Shown: positions 49,401 to 52,265 of the stretch, one piece after another
Layout: the number at the start of each line of letters is the position of its first letter
How positions within the stretch are numbered: position 1 is the first letter of the stretch
Assembly: GCA_001642005.1 (NCBI GenBank)
Contig: LWCA01000117.1
Span: 1 to 52,265 of the forward strand
Reading direction: 5' to 3'
DNA from: Intoshia linei
Taxonomy: Eukaryota; Animalia; Orthonectida
Length of the DNA: 52,265 nt
Translations under genes and position numbers: made by a program
Notes under the pieces: generated by a model
What the model saw: the letters and a program-made list of their open reading frames with translations, nothing else
Told to the model about the DNA's origin: nothing
Database searches by the model: none

Positions 49401-50797
49401 TTGATTAAAAACAACAAAAAATCATAATTTACATATAATAATAATAATAATTTTATGCATGAAAATCAGTGCATGTTAATAAGAAAATAAATACTGTTAA
49501 ATTAATATAATCATTAAACGAATTCAAAAATAAATAAAAAAAATTATTTACAAAACTTTCGACTTACATCTTCAAACCTCATGTGACACTTGTATTCATA
49601 AACACTGATATTAACATTTTAATATTATATTCATTATAATTGCATTACCTCAGAATAAAATGGTAGATAGGCTATAGGTAAAAAGTAGTTTCCTATTATA
49701 ACATCATACATTGATTCCTTAATGTATAATTCTAATAAAATTCCACTGTATGGGCGATTAATTTCACTAAAAATGGTATTAATTTATACACGTTACACAT
49801 ATTAATATTATTATAACACATATTAATAATATTATATTAGAAACAACTTTACAATGTATCAAAATAATTATATTATTATCCTTGTTTATATAAAGTTATT
49901 TTTTTTATGGTAGCAAAAATGTTTGTTTGTCTGTTTGTTCATCTGTCTGTCTGATCCCGTTTATTTAAGAAAGTAAGAATATTAGAGTTTTAAAAATTCC
50001 ATTTTTCTATTACAGTTTTCCGAGAGTGTTGTCATAGCAATAATTTCATTTTCACAAATTAAGTCTTTCAGGGTCAAAAACCCCAATTGTCTTTTTTTTA
50101 AATTGAAACCCGTCCTAGAATTATAAAAAATACACATTCTGATAAAAATTTTTAATTTCATAAATATGATAATTTTCAATTTAAAAATCTTATATCTTTA
50201 CGGCTAAAACCACAAATGACCCTTTTTTGAAAAATTAATAAAGTCCCAGAATTCTGAGAATTCAATCAAAAAAAAATTATTATCACATAGCTTATTTCAC
50301 TTGATATAAATAAAAAATTTCAATCTCCGAAATCTACGCATTCCGGGTAAAAAATAACATTTTAATATATTATATAGTATTGATAATAATAAAATTGATT
50401 TTATAGAATTAAAATTAAAAATTGAGAAGTGACTCTTTATCTTACACTTTCAAAAAAAATTGTATTGAACGTCTACACATTTCCAATAATGAAATGTGGT
50501 GAAAATCTATATAATCCATTTCTTCTGATTTTTTTATTGCTACGCAATTTTTTATTCTCAAATACTCATTTTAAACAAATTTTAAATCACTTTCTACAAA
50601 ACTTCAAGTCTTGAAAATATAATCTTTGATTAAAATTTCGACATTATTACATTACATTATGAATTTTTTTATATATAAGATTATATTAATTTAATACAAA
50701 ACTAGTTCTTTGTTAAATTCAGGATGTAATCCACTTTTTATAGTTGTAGATGTAATCGAATTTTGAATTTTAGCTGTAATATAACATGGTGTATCTT
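22482..50797 (-). CDS. unc-13: Unc-13/Munc13 synaptic vesicle priming factor, long C2A-containing isoform (about 1595 codons visible; first exon(s) not located)
   Basis: 38 phase-consistent GT-AG exons. C2A: 50698-50797, 49649-49766, 49163-49289. Linker: 48878-48957, 48466-48839, 48338-48369, 47876-48174 (CaM-site-like [11 protein letters not shown]), 40608-40654, 40503-40563, 39615-39683. C1: 38840-39059 ([25 protein letters not shown]), then 35771-35894, 33955-34061. C2B: 32969-33110, 32837-32878, 31055-31182, 30838-30953 ([23 protein letters not shown]). MUN region: 29955-30014, 29807-29904, 29622-29766, 29299-29367, 29125-29214, 28785-29044, 28334-28422, 28166-28289, 27986-28082, 27781-27924, 26658-26735, 26275-26352, 26092-26180, 25518-25661, 25414-25468, 25302-25373, 25079-25225, 24396-24717. 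C2C: 23908-24067, 22594-22861 (VKDYCFGR), 22482-22493. Linker exons and the last micro-exon are less certain. Confidence 0.96.
23315..23879 (+). mobile_element. Internally deleted Helitron-like copy with both termini
   Basis: a|TCCTTACTTATATATA...tcaacCTAG|t, inserted between A and T with no TSD. Contains a tandem duplication of about 52 nt at about 23668-23770. Confidence 0.85.
26793..27288. mobile_element. pogo/Tigger-like MITE
   Basis: ta|CAGTCCAAGTCC... and ...GGACTTGGACg termini, subterminal ttaacggaa repeats, and a reverse-complement copy at 42668-43184. Confidence 0.7.
31300..32450 (+). mobile_element. Helitron-like copy lacking both termini, with internal triplication
   Basis: Shared body, with three copies of ctgat(g/a)(c/t)ggattttaaaatcataaacattatcataa at about 31480-31630. 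Confidence 0.8.
33330..33740 (+). mobile_element. Old Helitron-family fragment
   Basis: tgacgccttcatagtcaaaaaatcacttt and tacaaaattttaacctcagaaat match the family body. Confidence 0.6.
34316..35280 (+). mobile_element. Helitron-like copy, 3'-truncated
   Basis: a|TCCTTATTTATATAC 5' end and about 950 nt of shared body. Confidence 0.8.
36256..36522. mobile_element. hAT-type MITE
   Basis: TIR CAGGACCGTG / CACGGTCCTG; 8-bp TSD attaatac / attaataa. Confidence 0.8.
37620..38280 (+). mobile_element. Diverged Helitron-family copy (older subfamily)
   Basis: caaaaccccagattaccctttt, aagtgatgccttcacggctaaaaaacacttt and aatttcaatctcagaaatctacgcattcc match the family body. Confidence 0.7.
39810..40457. 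mobile_element. hAT-type foldback MITE with long internal inverted repeat
   Basis: TAGGGTGTG...CACACACCTA termini and perfect 8-bp TSD ATATACAT (39802-39809, 40458-40465). Internal arms about 39905-40099 and 40166-40356 are near-perfect reverse complements. Confidence 0.85.
41710..42325 (+). mobile_element. Helitron-like copy (5' half)
   Basis: tatataatatgcttttcaatatttatttgtgtgtgt followed by the shared body. Confidence 0.8.
42668..43184. mobile_element. pogo/Tigger-like MITE, inverted relative to 26793-27288
   Basis: ta|CAGTTAAGTCC...ACTG|ta. Internal attagatggcgttaattagaaataattactatc is the reverse complement of about 27026-27058. A related end occurs at about 50865-50940. Confidence 0.7.
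44066..44415 (+). mobile_element. Short Helitron-like element of a related subfamily
   Basis: tatataaaattcaatgtctgtgtgtgt start; 3' end tttgtacgaagtacataacagacgagCTAG|t. Confidence 0.7.
46124..47627 (+). mobile_element. Near full-length Helitron-like copy with a nested hAT MITE
   Basis: ttcttaattatataatatactacgcaata..(GT)n start, triplication at about 46358-46520, and 3' end ctaggtgctgtttgtgtgtagtacataacagtcaacCTAG|t. Confidence 0.85.
47083..47284. mobile_element. hAT-type MITE nested in a Helitron copy
   Basis: TIRs CAGGATGGCTAAC / CAGGGTTACCAAC (rc); 8-bp TSD aatttatg / aatttata. The empty site gaatttatgctattt is seen in other copies (about 3726 and 32282). Confidence 0.8.
49879..50590 (+). 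mobile_element. Diverged Helitron-like copy, 3'-truncated
   Basis: a|TCCTTGTTTATATAAAG, (CTGT/TTGT)n microsatellite, and shared body. Confidence 0.75.
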
Positions 50798-51320
50798 CTA
50801 AAATAAAAAAATATAAATGATAAATGTAAATGACAGCGTTTATAATACAATCTAAGACTTAGACTCTAAGTCCTTATTAGTAATATATATATAGTCCTTA
50901 TTAACGGAATTTTTATTAGCGGAAATTCCCATTAACGGTCAAAACCAAATTGGACATGATAAATAAAAAATAATCTATAAATCTTTCATATAATATTGCC
51001 TTAATAAGATATAAACTGATAAAACATAAAAAAAATAAACACGAAGGAAATATAAAAATGTTTGTAAAAACGAACATTGGCCTATCAATTTTAAAATTAT
51101 ACAGTATTGGCCATATAATTATAATAATTCATAAAAAATTTTAATATGGTTATATTTTTTATTTTAACATAAGATTATAATTTAGAGCAAATGTAGAAAA
51201 CTGAGTTTTCATTCATTTAGAAAATGCATTGTTAAGCATTAAAACATTAATTCAACAAATAATTAATTCTAATTCAAATTTGCATCTAAAATATTGCGTA
51301 TTTAGATTAACACAATAGAG

Positions 51321-51626
51321 CAAGGGTGTCAATTATGTGGCCCGCGTTAATATATAAATTTTTATTTTTTACACATATTTCTTATTTTACAGTTATTTCA
51401 TATATTTTTCATGATTTATTTATTCATTATTACAATTTCAACATTATTTGTACACTTACTTTATTTTTATTGTTTCATATTTCATTTTATGAATTCAAAT
51501 TATTATAAATTAATTAAATTTGTTAGTTTTAACATAATTTTTTGAGTATAGATTTTTTTTGTGCGGCCCGCGTAATAATTTTTTTTCACATTTAACCCAC
51601 CAAGCAAATTGAGTCTGACACCCCTG
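51321..51626. mobile_element. hAT/Charlie-type MITE
   Basis: TIR CAAGGGTGTCA / TGACACCCCTG, subterminal GGCCCGCG motifs, 8-bp TSD caatagag / ctatagag. Confidence 0.85.
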
Positions 51627-51750
51627 CTATAGAGACAAAAATATGAAATTCTCTTTGTTGTTCACGTAATCGGTGCTAATATCGTTTTAATATAAATACT
51701 ATCATAGTTCTGCACGTTTATTTTTATTTTTGAAATTTCTTCATCTGTAC

Positions 51751-52198
51751 TTGGAAAAAAACAGGACATTTCTTTTGAAAAAAATCTATTATAATTGGTT
51801 TAATTGAAAATACTAATTGGAGTCAAAAAAATTTCTGATAGAATTGTTGTATCGCAATCATATGTATCTTTGCTAAAAAAAGTAACTCAAAAACAGACGG
51901 ATTGAATGTATCCAAAAGGAAAAACTGTGATAGAAAAAATGGGACAGATGAAAGAAATCATATAATTATTATTAGAACCGCACTGAAAAATAGAAATTCC
52001 AGCTGCAATGAAATCGTATCTAAACTTAAAATCAAAAATATTAATTTATCAAGAAGAACAGTGAAGCGTAGACTGGTAGATGCAGGATACAAATCATACA
52101 AAAAAATTCGAAAACCCCTTTTTTCTACGCGAATGAAAAAATAAAGGATGGAATGGGCAAAGTTACATCAAAATTGGAAAGAGATCGATTGGAGTAAG
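51751..52198 (+). pseudogene. Tc1-family transposase N-terminal (HTH) relic
   Basis: Frameshifted GKKQDISFEK/SIIIGLIENTNWSQK/ISDRIVVSQSYVS, then LSRRTVKRRLVDAGYKSYKKIRKPLFSTRMKK*RMEWAKLHQNWKEIDWSK. This is the Tc1/Tc3 S..TV.RRL...G.......KP......R..WA..H..W...DW pattern, with an in-frame stop. Confidence 0.85.
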
Positions 52199-52265
52199 GT
52201 TAGTGCTTTGGAATATTAACAAAAATATAATTATATTTAAATTAATGAATTAATATTAATTAATA

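Noticed and set aside
1499-51508. Numerous short I/F/K/Y-rich ORFs (e.g. 2019, 2121, 15969, 18326, 18951, 25896, 26808, 27476, 34677, 44645, 49982, 50429, 51326)
   Set aside because: They are chance ORFs in AT-rich introns or repeats. Many lie inside Helitron or MITE copies, and several start at non-ATG codons.

Overview
Very AT-rich, intron-containing animal genomic DNA. Many introns are only 37-48 nt and a few are kb-sized and filled with transposons. This resembles the orthonectid Intoshia linei, but that assignment is an unverified inference. Genes reconstructed by hand: (1) a highly divergent septin on the minus strand, absent from the ORF track, running off the left edge, with degenerate GTPase motifs; (2) an intronless 445-aa secreted Cys/Ser/His-rich orphan; (3) a 6-exon Sec16; (4) an intronless stand-alone TAZ1 (CBP/p300 CH1-type) zinc-finger gene; (5) three copies of a small acidic orphan gene with an S-T-P motif, two intact and one 5'-truncated; (6) a long-isoform unc-13/Munc13 (C2A, CaM site, C1, C2B, MUN, C2C) with 38 phase-consistent exons over 22.5-50.8 kb and its first exon(s) not found. 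Non-coding DNA is dominated by a non-autonomous Helitron-like family (5' TC, GT/CTGT microsatellite, 3' CTAG inside a terminal hairpin). There are also hAT MITEs with 8-bp TSDs (one a long foldback), pogo/Tigger-like MITEs, and Buster-type hAT and Tc1 transposase relics. No rRNA, tRNA or CRISPR was seen. Alignments to known proteins are from memory, not database searches.
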